A stretch of 40,559 nt of DNA from Nitrospinota bacterium (GCA_036339675.1 JAYZAN010000078.1:1-40559), one strand, 5' to 3'. Counted from the first letter of the stretch, positions 10,279 to 18,854 are shown. The notes: generated by a model not told the origin, from the letters alone. Translations and numbers: made by a program.

Positions 10279-10504
10279 GGGATGCGACTTAGTTGAGGTG
10301 AGAGTTGAATTAGATTCCTGTTTTTGGCTAGTTTTTTGAATGGTGATTTGTCTGGTTTAAGGTTTGTGAAAAGGAATGAATGAGGGTAAGGTCCGGATTT
10401 CCAAAAAATTGTTTTCTGAATATATCGGCAAAGGTGCGTAGAAAGCTGAGCTGGATTGATTGGGTTATGGGGTTTTTTTAATAGGGGCGCTGGAGGTTTC
10501 TAAC

Positions 10505-10533
10505 AATGTATCCAGTTACATATTCTTTGTCAA
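10505..10533 (-). promoter_or_regulatory. Sigma70-type promoter for rho operon
   Basis: Minus strand TTGACA-N17-TACATT about 230 nt upstream of rho. Confidence 0.7.
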
Positions 10534-10566
10534 CAACTTTTTCCCTGATGTTATGGAAACTCCCGG

Positions 10567-10598
10567 GCCCCCACGGCGAGTGGCCGGGCGTGGCCCGG
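10567..10598 (+). repeat. Fragment (right arm plus small hairpin) of the repeat family
   Basis: GCCCCCACGGCGAG identical to 12327-12340, followed by TGGCCGGGCGTGGCCCGG, similar to 11722-11739. Confidence 0.7.
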
Positions 10599-10608
10599 AA
10601 ATTTTATC

Positions 10609-10638
10609 TTGACCCGGCGCTCCATCCCGATTTAAGAT
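10609..10638 (+). promoter_or_regulatory. Candidate sigma70-type promoter for dnaE2-like gene
   Basis: TTGACC-N18-TAAGAT about 70 nt before the ATG. Confidence 0.45.
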
Positions 10639-10707
10639 ACTTGATACCCAAACCATCGAAAACAAGGCATTTTTTTTGTCCCTTATTTTCGTTTTTTATT
10701 CGCTTTT

Positions 10708-13700
10708 ATGTTTGTACACCTAAACTGCCACAGCAACTATTCGCTCCTCGCGGGCACGAACCGGGTCGACGACCTGGTCCGGGCGGCCGCGGCCCAGGGA
10801 TGCCCGGCACTGGCTCTGACAGATACCAACGGTCTCTATGGGGCCATACCGTTCTATCAGGCGGCTCTCAAGGCCCATATACGCCCGATCCTGGGAACGG
10901 AGATAATAACAAACCGGCGTGCGACACTTCTGGCAAAGAATCTGCGGGGATTCGGGGAAATCTGCCGCATCATCACCCGCCGCCATCTGCAGCCCGGTTT
11001 CTCCCTAGAAAAATGCCTGGAGCAATGCAGCCATGACGTCATCATTCTGTGCCCGGATGAAAACCTCCTGGAAAACACGATCGCTGTCCGGGGAGGCGAA
11101 GACATCTACGCGGAACTGCTCGCCGCAGGGGCGGATGGCAAAAACCCAGACTGGCGACCTCAAGCGATTGGGCGCGAGACGGGGTCCGGCCTGTTCCCCC
11201 CGGGCGTAGGCCACCACACGGGGAGAAAAGTCGTTCCAGAAAATCCCGGTTTCGCCCAACGATCATCGTTTGGAGAACAAAGCATTAGCCAATTCCCTCC
11301 GAGCGTGACCCGGCGGCGAGCAGTGGCTACCAACCGGGTGTTTTTCATTCGTCCGGAGGACTGGCAGATCCACCGTCTCCTTACGGCAATACGCACCGGC
11401 ACGACCGTAGACGCATCGTCTGCACTGCATGAATCGAAAGAGTTATGGATGAAGCCGCCTGAGGAAATGGTCCGCCTGTTCCATGACATCCCGGAAGCCA
11501 TCCGGAACACTCTCGACATCGCCGAACAGTGCAATGTCGTCCTGCCCATCGGCGAGATACGGCTCCCGAACTTTCCGCTGCATGCGAGCGGGATACCTTC
11601 CTCCCGGCTGGTCGCCGCAGGGGCGCCCAGCGTGACGCTGGGCCCAATAAGTTCAACCTTATCTCGCGCTCAACGGTCAACGCAAGATCAAAAGTTGTTG
11701 GCCATTTGGCCCCGCGCCGAGCGGCCAGGCGTGGCCCGGCTTCGCAGACTTGCCCGGGAGGGAGCCGTAAAACTTTATGGTCACCCGCCGCCTTCCGATG
11801 TATCCGAGAGACTGCGTTACGAGCTTGAGGTCATCGACAACCTTGATTTTGCCTCCTATTTTCTGATCGTCTGGGACATCGTGCGTGAGGCGAAAGCCCG
11901 GGGCATCCCCACGGTGGGGCGCGGTTCCGCCGCCAACAGCCTGGTGTGTCGGGTCTTGGGAATCACCGAGGTGGACCCGATCGAACACAACCTGTATTTC
12001 GAGCGGTTCCTCAACCCGGAACGAACGGATTACCCCGATATCGACATCGATTTTCCCTGGAACCGGAGAGACGAAATGCTGGAATACGTGTTCAACAAAT
12101 ACGGACATGAGAACGTGGCGCTGATCTCCACCCATGTCCACTTCCGGGGCCGCTCGGCGCTCCGGGAGGTGGGCAAAGCCCTAGGGGTTCCCCTCCCAGA
12201 GATCGACGCCTTCGTCAAGAGGCTACCGCATTCTTTCGACGTGGCCGGGCCACGCCCAGGGGGAACAGGCCAGACCCCGTCTCGCACCCAATCGCTTGAG
12301 GTCGCCAGTCTGGGTTTTTGCCAACCGCCCCCACGGCGAGCCCACTACGTGGGAGAAAACGGGGGAAAATGGATTTCGCGCTCAACTGTCAATGCAAGTT
12401 CAAAAGCTGTTAGCCATTTGGCCCCGCGAGCGGCCGGACTGGAAGAGGTGAGGAAACTGGTGCCGGAATGCCGGGACCTGCCGCTGGAAGACGAACCTTA
12501 CCGGTCGATCATCGCGCTGAGCAAAAGGATCGACGGATTCCCCAGGCATCTGTCGATTCACTGCGGGGGCATCGTGATCAGTCCGTTTCCCATCACCGAC
12601 CGGATACCGCTTCAGAAAACACCCAAGGGATTCGTAGTGACGCAGTACGACATGTACCCCGTCGAGGACATGGGACTGCTGAAGATCGATCTTCTCGCGC
12701 AGAAAGGGCTAGCCGTGCTCGCGGACACGGTGCAAAACGTCAAAACCCTTTATGGAACAAAAATCGATTTCAGCCAGATCGATCCCACGCGCGATTCCAG
12801 GACCCGCCGGTTGATCCGGCAGGGAAAAACCATCGGTTGTTTCTACATCGAGTCTCCGGGCATGAGAAACCTTCTGCAGAAACTGGAGGTCGACAGTTTC
12901 GACATGCTGACGGCGGCCAGTTCCATCATACGTCCGGGCGTGGCGGACAGCGGCATGATGAAGGCGTTCATCGACCGCCACAACGGCAGGGAGAAAGTCC
13001 ACTATCTGCACCCGAAAATGGAAGAGATCCTGAAAGAAACTTTCGGCGTGATGATCTACCAGGAAGACGTGATCAAGGTCGCCCACGCGATCGCTGGAAT
13101 GAGCCTGGGAGAAGCGGACAGCCTCAGAAAATGCATGAGCAAAAAGAGAGACTGGGAGGACATCAACAACCACCGGGAACGTTTTTTTTCGGGAGCACGC
13201 GCGAACGGTATCGCGAAAAAAATCATCGAAGAAATCTGGAGGCAGATCGAAAGCTTTGCGGGATACGCGTTCTGCAAAGCCCACAGCGCTTCTTTCGCGC
13301 TGGTCTCCTACCAATGCGCCTACCTGAAGGCGCACTACCCCACCGAGTTCATGGCGGCGGTCCTGTCCAACCGGGGCGGGTTCTACGACGCCTGCGCCTA
13401 CACCGAGGAAGCGCGGCGTATGGGAATCAAGATACTAGCTCCACACGTCAATCACAGTGCCGAAGAATTCATGGCATGCGGAAAACGCGCCATGTATGTC
13501 GGGCTCGGACAAGTAAAAGGGCTGTCGCACCACACCATAAGCACTATTCTGAAACACCGCAAGGACGGTCCTTATGTATCGGTGGCGGATTTCCTGTCGC
13601 GTGTGGAGGCAAGCATTCCGGAAACCGAGGCCCTGATCCGCTGCGGCGCACTCGACGGGGCGAGAACTTCACGCCCGGAACTGTTGTGGCAGCTGAAGCT

Positions 13701-14217
13701 TTTAACTCGTGCGGAAAAAAACGGGCCCATGGCAAGTCTCCCGTTTACTTCTGTCCGGAGGACCAGGATTCTTAAACTCCCCGAGTACACCCTACGCGAA
13801 AAAGTGCTGGCGGAGCTGGAGCACCTGGATCTCGCGGTCTCAGCCCACCTGTTGTTGCTCTACGATGTGAACCAAGCGGGGTTGACACAGGCGCGGGACT
13901 TGGTCCAGTTTCCCGGATGCATCGTAACGCTGGCCGGATGGCTGGTGACCGCCAAAAGCACCTGGACCGTGCAGCACCAGTTGATGAAGTTTCTGATGCT
14001 GGAAGACGCCACGGCATCTTTCGAGGTCACATTGTTCCCGAAGGTTTACAGGCGGTTCGGGCCGCTCCTCTATGACCGCGGACCTTACATCGTCAAGGGC
14101 CGGGTGGAGTCGGAAGGCCGGTGCCATACCATCACGGCGCTCTGGCTGGGCCGCTGCTCACCCACTCGCCGTGGAGGCGGTTGGCAAAAACTCTGGATCG
14201 CGAACTCTAGTGATTGA
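10708..14217 (+). CDS. dnaE2: DNA polymerase III alpha subunit family, DnaE2-like (error-prone type), with repeat-derived in-frame insertions
   Basis: PHP-like N-terminus (HLNCHSNYS), GRGSAANSLV, FERFL, PDIDIDF, RHLSIHCGG, KIDLL, YAFCKAH, OB fold (FLMLED); ends just after the OB fold with no long tau-binding CTD. Confidence 0.85.
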   Translation: MFVHLNCHSNYSLLAGTNRVDDLVRAAAAQGCPALALTDTNGLYGAIPFYQAALKAHIRPILGTEIITNRRATLLAKNLRGFGEICRIITRRHLQPGFSLEKCLEQCSHDVIILCPDENLLENTIAVRGGEDIYAELLAAGADGKNPDWRPQAIGRETGSGLFPPGVGHHTGRKVVPENPGFAQRSSFGEQSISQFPPSVTRRRAVATNRVFFIRPEDWQIHRLLTAIRTGTTVDASSALHESKELWMKPPEEMVRLFHDIPEAIRNTLDIAEQCNVVLPIGEIRLPNFPLHASGIPSSRLVAAGAPSVTLGPISSTLSRAQRSTQDQKLLAIWPRAERPGVARLRRLAREGAVKLYGHPPPSDVSERLRYELEVIDNLDFASYFLIVWDIVREAKARGIPTVGRGSAANSLVCRVLGITEVDPIEHNLYFERFLNPERTDYPDIDIDFPWNRRDEMLEYVFNKYGHENVALISTHVHFRGRSALREVGKALGVPLPEIDAFVKRLPHSFDVAGPRPGGTGQTPSRTQSLEVASLGFCQPPPRRAHYVGENGGKWISRSTVNASSKAVSHLAPRAAGLEEVRKLVPECRDLPLEDEPYRSIIALSKRIDGFPRHLSIHCGGIVISPFPITDRIPLQKTPKGFVVTQYDMYPVEDMGLLKIDLLAQKGLAVLADTVQNVKTLYGTKIDFSQIDPTRDSRTRRLIRQGKTIGCFYIESPGMRNLLQKLEVDSFDMLTAASSIIRPGVADSGMMKAFIDRHNGREKVHYLHPKMEEILKETFGVMIYQEDVIKVAHAIAGMSLGEADSLRKCMSKKRDWEDINNHRERFFSGARANGIAKKIIEEIWRQIESFAGYAFCKAHSASFALVSYQCAYLKAHYPTEFMAAVLSNRGGFYDACAYTEEARRMGIKILAPHVNHSAEEFMACGKRAMYVGLGQVKGLSHHTISTILKHRKDGPYVSVADFLSRVEASIPETEALIRCGALDGARTSRPELLWQLKLLTRAEKNGPMASLPFTSVRRTRILKLPEYTLREKVLAELEHLDLAVSAHLLLLYDVNQAGLTQARDLVQFPGCIVTLAGWLVTAKSTWTVQHQLMKFLMLEDATASFEVTLFPKVYRRFGPLLYDRGPYIVKGRVESEGRCHTITALWLGRCSPTRRGGGWQKLWIANSSD
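11119..11320. repeat. dnaE insertion 1: two back-to-back repeat units (minus 11119-11177, plus 11250-11308)
   Basis: 11119-11207 is the reverse complement of 12252-12340 at 83/89; CGCCCAACGATCATCGT identical to 6303-6319; boundaries approximate. Confidence 0.85.
11581..11740 (+). repeat. dnaE insertion 2: hairpin plus one repeat unit
   Basis: 11655-11724 matches 6291-6360 at 58/70 ungapped; GCCCAGCGT-G-ACGCTGGGC palindrome; boundaries approximate. Confidence 0.85.
12241..12438 (+). repeat. dnaE insertion 3: two tandem repeat units (12282, 12376)
   Basis: 12320-12428 matches 6244-6352 at 81/109 ungapped; same 94-bp period as the 6206/6300 pair. Confidence 0.9.
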
Positions 14218-14259
14218 GCGCGAGACGGCGTCTGGTCTGTTTCCTCCGGGCGTGGCCCG
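14165..14259 (-). repeat. Repeat copy overlapping the dnaE stop codon
   Basis: 79/95 ungapped identity to the reverse complement of 12246-12340; same orientation as 11119-11207. Confidence 0.9.
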
Positions 14260-14370
14260 ACTGGACTTCTGAGCCAGACATTAATACTTTTTTATTTATA
14301 AAACACCGGTGTACACTGGGATGAATCTCTCTTAACACAGCACATCCATTGGCATCCGGGAACACTTCAA

Positions 14371-15351
14371 ATGAGTGAGCAAAAAGATTTCACCATCGAG
14401 TCCAAAGATTTTGAGCCAGCCTATATGAAGCTGTTCAGGACCGGGGAGCTGTACCGCCGGTCAAGGGAGGTGTTGCGCCTGTTGGAGAACTGCAAGGTAT
14501 GCCCCCGCGACTGCGAGGTGGACCGGCTGGCGGATGAAACGGCGGTCTGCAAAACTGGACGGCACGCGATCGTGTCGAGCGCCTTCCCGCATTTCGGCGA
14601 GGAAGACTGCTTACGGGGCTGGAACGGGAGCGGAACCATTTTCTTCTCCATGTGCAACCTGAAGTGCGTTTTCTGCCAGAACTACGACATCAGCCAGGAT
14701 GGCGAAGGCCAGGAAGCAGGGCCGGAACACTTGGCGTTCATGATGATGAATCTTCAGAACCGGGGGTGCCACAACATCAATTTCGTGACTCCCGAGCACG
14801 TCGTGCCGCAAATCCTGGAAGCCCTGCCGCTGGCCGTGCAACTGGGGCTGAGGCTGCCCCTGGTTTACAATACCGGAGCCTATGATTCCATGGACAGTAT
14901 GCGGGTGATGGACGGAATCGTAGATATCTATATGCCCGACTTCAAATACTGGAGTCCGGAACTTTCAAAAAAATACCTGAAGGCGAAGGATTACCCGGAA
15001 GCCGCACAACGGGTCATCCGGGAAATGCACCGGCAGGTGGGCGATCTGGTTGTGGATGAAAACGGTCTGGCCAAACGTGGGGTTCTGATCCGCCATTTGG
15101 TCATGCCGGACAGCGATTCGGATGCCAGGCAGATCATGCATTTTTTAAATCATGAAGTTTCTCCTCATACGTACGTCAACATCATGTCTCAATATCGCCC
15201 TGCGGGAAAGGTGAACGCGAACAAATACCCCGAACTCAACCGGAAAATCTTTTCAGAGGAAGTCGGCCGGGTTTATAAAATCGCCAGAGAGGAGGGACTG
15301 TACCGGTTCGATAAAAGGCGTCCCGTATCCGGCGCATTTGCAATTGTCTGA
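14371..15351 (+). CDS. PflX-like radical SAM protein
   Basis: C..CPR.C, HFGEE.CL.G..GSGTIFF, CNLKCVFC (CxxxCxxC), NINFVTP, DIYMPDFKY, RHLVMP. Confidence 0.9.
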   Translation: MSEQKDFTIESKDFEPAYMKLFRTGELYRRSREVLRLLENCKVCPRDCEVDRLADETAVCKTGRHAIVSSAFPHFGEEDCLRGWNGSGTIFFSMCNLKCVFCQNYDISQDGEGQEAGPEHLAFMMMNLQNRGCHNINFVTPEHVVPQILEALPLAVQLGLRLPLVYNTGAYDSMDSMRVMDGIVDIYMPDFKYWSPELSKKYLKAKDYPEAAQRVIREMHRQVGDLVVDENGLAKRGVLIRHLVMPDSDSDARQIMHFLNHEVSPHTYVNIMSQYRPAGKVNANKYPELNRKIFSEEVGRVYKIAREEGLYRFDKRRPVSGAFAIV

Positions 15352-15548
15352 CATGTGTAAATGGAGTTGGCATAGCATCTGGGAAATTCGGTCCTTCAGT
15401 TGACTTTGAAAAAATATATAGGCACAATGAAACCCCTGAATGACCCATGCAGGTTGGCTAAAACTGGGCCAAGCCCCTGGATATATTACTATCGACCCTT
15501 GAAAAAATCATTCAGAATGCCCAATCCGGTTGTCTGCAACCCTTTCAA

Positions 15549-15827
15549 ATGGATATTGGCAAGGTGGAGCAAGAATGGGGAGTCAGAGGATTCAGTTGCG
15601 CTCTATGGACCGATCCTCCGGGGCAGGTCTGGGGAAACTTCGTCCATGAGGTGGACGAACTGCTGATGGTCGTCCAGGGCAAGCTCGAAATGGAAATGGA
15701 GGGAAGCGTACTGCATCCCGGTATCGGGGAGGAGATATTCATCTCTGCGAATGTCCTTCACACCGTACGGAATGTGGGTGGCACCACGGCCCGCTGGCTC
15801 TACGGGTATAAAATACATCCCTCTTGA
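15549..15827 (+). CDS. Cupin domain protein
   Basis: W.DPPGQ.W..FVH..DEL, H.V.N.G...ARWLYGY. Confidence 0.85.
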   Translation: MDIGKVEQEWGVRGFSCALWTDPPGQVWGNFVHEVDELLMVVQGKLEMEMEGSVLHPGIGEEIFISANVLHTVRNVGGTTARWLYGYKIHPS

Positions 15828-15868
15828 TTATTGATGATCGGAACCATCACTACCTTGAGAAAAACCCC

Positions 15869-16288
15869 ATGAGTAAAAACGGAAGAGACGATACCAGCCA
15901 GTGTGAAAAATGCCTGCCGGCCTACTGTTGTAATTACTTCTCCTTCGAGATCGACGAGCCGGAAGACCGTAAGGATTACGAAAGCCTGTTGTGGAAAATC
16001 GCGCACGACAAGGTCTCGATATATATATACCGCAAGTGCTGGTATATCATGATCCACACACGGTGCAATTTCCTGAGTCCGCAGAACAAGTGCATGATCT
16101 ACGAACACCGTCCCTATCTTTGCCGGGAACACAGCACGCAAAACTGTGAATACACCGACGGCGATTTTGGGTTTACCGAGCATTTCAAGAGTTATGACGA
16201 ACTTCTGGAATACATAAAGGAAAACACCAATTACCGCTTCAATCAGCCACCGACGGGGGTGCGGCCCAATTGTGTTTCCGCGGATTGA
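15869..16288 (+). CDS. YkgJ family cysteine cluster protein (CxxCxxxCC)
   Basis: CEKCLPAYCC, C.FL....KC.IYE.RP..CR; ATG 15869 (ORF from 15824). Confidence 0.85.
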   Translation: MSKNGRDDTSQCEKCLPAYCCNYFSFEIDEPEDRKDYESLLWKIAHDKVSIYIYRKCWYIMIHTRCNFLSPQNKCMIYEHRPYLCREHSTQNCEYTDGDFGFTEHFKSYDELLEYIKENTNYRFNQPPTGVRPNCVSAD

Positions 16289-16311
16289 TTTACACGTAAG
16301 GCTATTTACCG

Positions 16312-16356
16312 GCGGAGATTCTCCGCAAAAATGCGGAATTATTAGAGATCTCCTTA
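16312..16356 (-). repeat. Solo MITE-like end with hairpin between convergent genes (possible terminator)
   Basis: Reverse complement matches 6138-6182 at 36/45 ungapped; GCGGAGA-T-TCTCCGC hairpin. Confidence 0.7.
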
Positions 16357-16414
16357 ATTATTATTTCGGATAGCTCGGTGACAAGAGTGGGGAAATTCGG
16401 GGAATAGTAGGAGG

Positions 16415-17041
16415 TTATTTCTTTTTACCTTTTCCTTTATCTTCGGTTTTGCCTTGATCCTTTTTCTTTGAAGCGGAGGTGGCTTTTTTGGCTTTTGAAG
16501 CCGCTTTTGCCGGTTTTTCTTCTTCTTTTTTCTTTGATTTTTTGGGAGCGGCCTTTTTTGCTTTGACCTTGGGTGCTTGTTTGGTTTCCTCTTTTTTCTT
16601 ATCCGGCTTTTTTTTAGGGGCCGCCTTCGTTTCCTTTTTGGGTTTAGCCTTGGTTTCCCCCGCCGATTCTTTCTGGGCTTCCCCATCACGGTCGACCAGT
16701 TCGATAAAAGCCATGGGTGCATCGTCACCCAGACGGTTTCCTATTTTGATGATCCTGGTATAACCTCCATTTCTGTTGGCATAGCGTTCTGCAAGGGGAC
16801 CAAAAAGTTTCTGGACCGATTTCTTCTCCGCCACCAACCTGAGGGCGAGCCTACGGGCGTGCACCGTTCCTTTTTTACCCAGAGTGATTGTTTTATCGAC
16901 CTTACCTCTTAACTCCTTGGCTTTGGCCAAGGTGGTACAAATCCGCTCCCGCTTGACCAACGCCGACACCATATTGCGGAACATGGCTTTCCGGTGAGCA
17001 GAGGTCCGACCGAACTTTCTACCTGACTTTAAATGGCGCAT
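16415..17041 (-). CDS. rplQ: 50S ribosomal protein L17 with long Lys/Ala/Glu-rich tail
   Basis: [26 protein letters not shown]; about 90 aa low-complexity extension. Confidence 0.97.
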   Translation of the reverse strand: MRHLKSGRKFGRTSAHRKAMFRNMVSALVKRERICTTLAKAKELRGKVDKTITLGKKGTVHARRLALRLVAEKKSVQKLFGPLAERYANRNGGYTRIIKIGNRLGDDAPMAFIELVDRDGEAQKESAGETKAKPKKETKAAPKKKPDKKKEETKQAPKVKAKKAAPKKSKKKEEEKPAKAASKAKKATSASKKKDQGKTEDKGKGKKK

Positions 17042-17085
17042 AACTCAATGAATCCTCAATATGATGATTGAAAAAACGCAATCGG

Positions 17086-18114
17086 TCACGTTTCTATATC
17101 CATTTCAACGTCTTGTTTTTTCCTCGCCTGACCGATTTCCTTGAGATCTTCCTCTTCGATCTTCAACCCGAGGTGCAATCCCATATCCTCAAGGATCTCC
17201 TTGATCTCATTCAGCGATTTCCTCCCGAAATTGCGGGTTTTCAACATTTCGGAATCGGTCTTCTGAACCAGTTCCGCGATCGTCTGAATATTCGCATTCT
17301 TGAGGCAGTTGTAGGATCGAACAGACAATTCAAGTTCTTCAACGCTCTTCGAAAGGTTCGCCAGCATTTTCTGTTTCTTTTCGTCCACCTGCGGCTGAAC
17401 GGGTTCAGGTTCTTCATCAAAATTGATGAATATCTGCATATGGTCTTTAACGATTTTTGCCGCATGGGCCACCGCGTCTTCGGGTGAAATTCCCCCGTTG
17501 GTCCAGAGTTCCATGATCAAAGAGTCATAATCCGTCATTTGACCGACACGGGTATTTTCAACCTTGTAACACACCCTTTCGACTGGGGAAAACACTGCAT
17601 CCATGGGAATCATCTGGATCGACTCATCCTCCAGTTCCTGTTTATCCGCAGGAACATATCCCCGTCCTTTCTGGACGATCATTTCCATATTCAGGGACCC
17701 GTTCTGGTCGATGGTCGCAATGTAGTGATCCGGATTAAGAATTTTAACATCATCATCACAGGTGATGTCTTGTGCCAGAACTTTTCCCTTAGTGTCTTTC
17801 TTCAAATAAATGCGCTTGGCTGTTGCTTCTCCTGCCATCTGAAGATGAACTTGTTTCAGGTTGAGAATGATTTCGGTGACATCTTCAACAACTCCCGGAA
17901 TAGAGGAGAATTCATGATAGATTCCCTCGAACTGGACACCCACAATCGCGGCCCCCTCAATGGAAGAGAGCAGCATCCTCCTCAATGAATTTCCAATTGT
18001 GACCCCGTATCCGCGTTCGAAAGGTCCTGCGGTAAATACTCCGTATAAATGTGTTTTACTCTTTTTTTCGAATTCCAACCGTTTAGGTTTTACGATTCCC
18101 TGGGCACTGAACAT
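17086..18114 (-). CDS. rpoA: RNA polymerase alpha subunit
   Basis: [37 protein letters not shown]. Confidence 0.99.
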   Translation of the reverse strand: MFSAQGIVKPKRLEFEKKSKTHLYGVFTAGPFERGYGVTIGNSLRRMLLSSIEGAAIVGVQFEGIYHEFSSIPGVVEDVTEIILNLKQVHLQMAGEATAKRIYLKKDTKGKVLAQDITCDDDVKILNPDHYIATIDQNGSLNMEMIVQKGRGYVPADKQELEDESIQMIPMDAVFSPVERVCYKVENTRVGQMTDYDSLIMELWTNGGISPEDAVAHAAKIVKDHMQIFINFDEEPEPVQPQVDEKKQKMLANLSKSVEELELSVRSYNCLKNANIQTIAELVQKTDSEMLKTRNFGRKSLNEIKEILEDMGLHLGLKIEEEDLKEIGQARKKQDVEMDIET

Positions 18115-18198
18115 TAAAGCCTCCGACAGTTAAAACTTGTTTTAACCAATGAGCCTAATATGACGATGATTATTTAAAAATGGACAAAAGGAAGGACG

Positions 18199-18825
18199 TT
18201 ACCTTGAATAGAGCTCAACAATCAATTGCTCTTCAATCGGAATTGTAATGTCCTCTCTCGTGGGCAGGGCCTGGACCATACCCTGCTTACTCTCAGCATC
18301 GAAGGAGAGCCAATGCGGCTGAGTTTTATCCTTCATATTTTCCAGCGCAGATTTAACTGGCGCTTTATTCAATTTTCCCTGCGAGGGCGATATCACATCC
18401 CCCTGCTTCAATAAATAAGACGGGATGTTGACCTTGTGACCATTGACCATGAAATGGTTGTGCCGAACCAACTGTCGGGCGAAATTTCTGGAGGAGGCCA
18501 GGCCCATCCGATAAATCACATTATCGAACCTCAGTTCAAGGGTCTGCAAAAGGTTTTCGCCGGTGACCCCTTTCTTTCTATCCGCTCTTTGGAAGTAGGA
18601 CCTGAACTGCTTTTCCAGAACCCCGTATAACCGTTTCACTTTCTGTTTTTCCCTGAGCTGGCTCCCATATTCAGAAAATTTTTTCCTGCCCTGTCCATGC
18701 TGTCCGGGAGCGTATTCTCGGCGCTCGATGGCACATTTTGCAGTGATGCATCTTTCGCCCTTCAAAAAAAGTTTCATGCCCTCTCTGCGGCACAACCTGC
18801 AAACTGAACCTCTGTATCTTGCCAA
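18199..18825 (-). CDS. rpsD: 30S ribosomal protein S4
   Basis: [25 protein letters not shown]; TTG start. Confidence 0.99.
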   Translation of the reverse strand: MARYRGSVCRLCRREGMKLFLKGERCITAKCAIERREYAPGQHGQGRKKFSEYGSQLREKQKVKRLYGVLEKQFRSYFQRADRKKGVTGENLLQTLELRFDNVIYRMGLASSRNFARQLVRHNHFMVNGHKVNIPSYLLKQGDVISPSQGKLNKAPVKSALENMKDKTQPHWLSFDAESKQGMVQALPTREDITIPIEEQLIVELYSR

Positions 18826-18854
18826 ATTTATCTCCTGTCAGTAAATGGTTTTGA

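Noticed and set aside
10506-11036. 176-aa ORF overlapping the dnaE2 start
   Set aside because: Spans promoter DNA and a repeat fragment, then runs out of frame over dnaE2; no motifs
11119-12438. Inteins in DnaE
   Set aside because: Inserts are only about 50-65 aa, lack an N-terminal C/S block and the His-Asn/C,S,T junction, and match non-coding repeats
11119-12438. Group I/II introns
   Set aside because: Too short; no GTGCG 5' end with domain V, or P/Q/R/S elements, recognised
12468-13775. 435-aa alternate-frame ORF inside dnaE2
   Set aside because: Arg/Gly/Pro-rich shadow ORF expected from GC-rich codon bias
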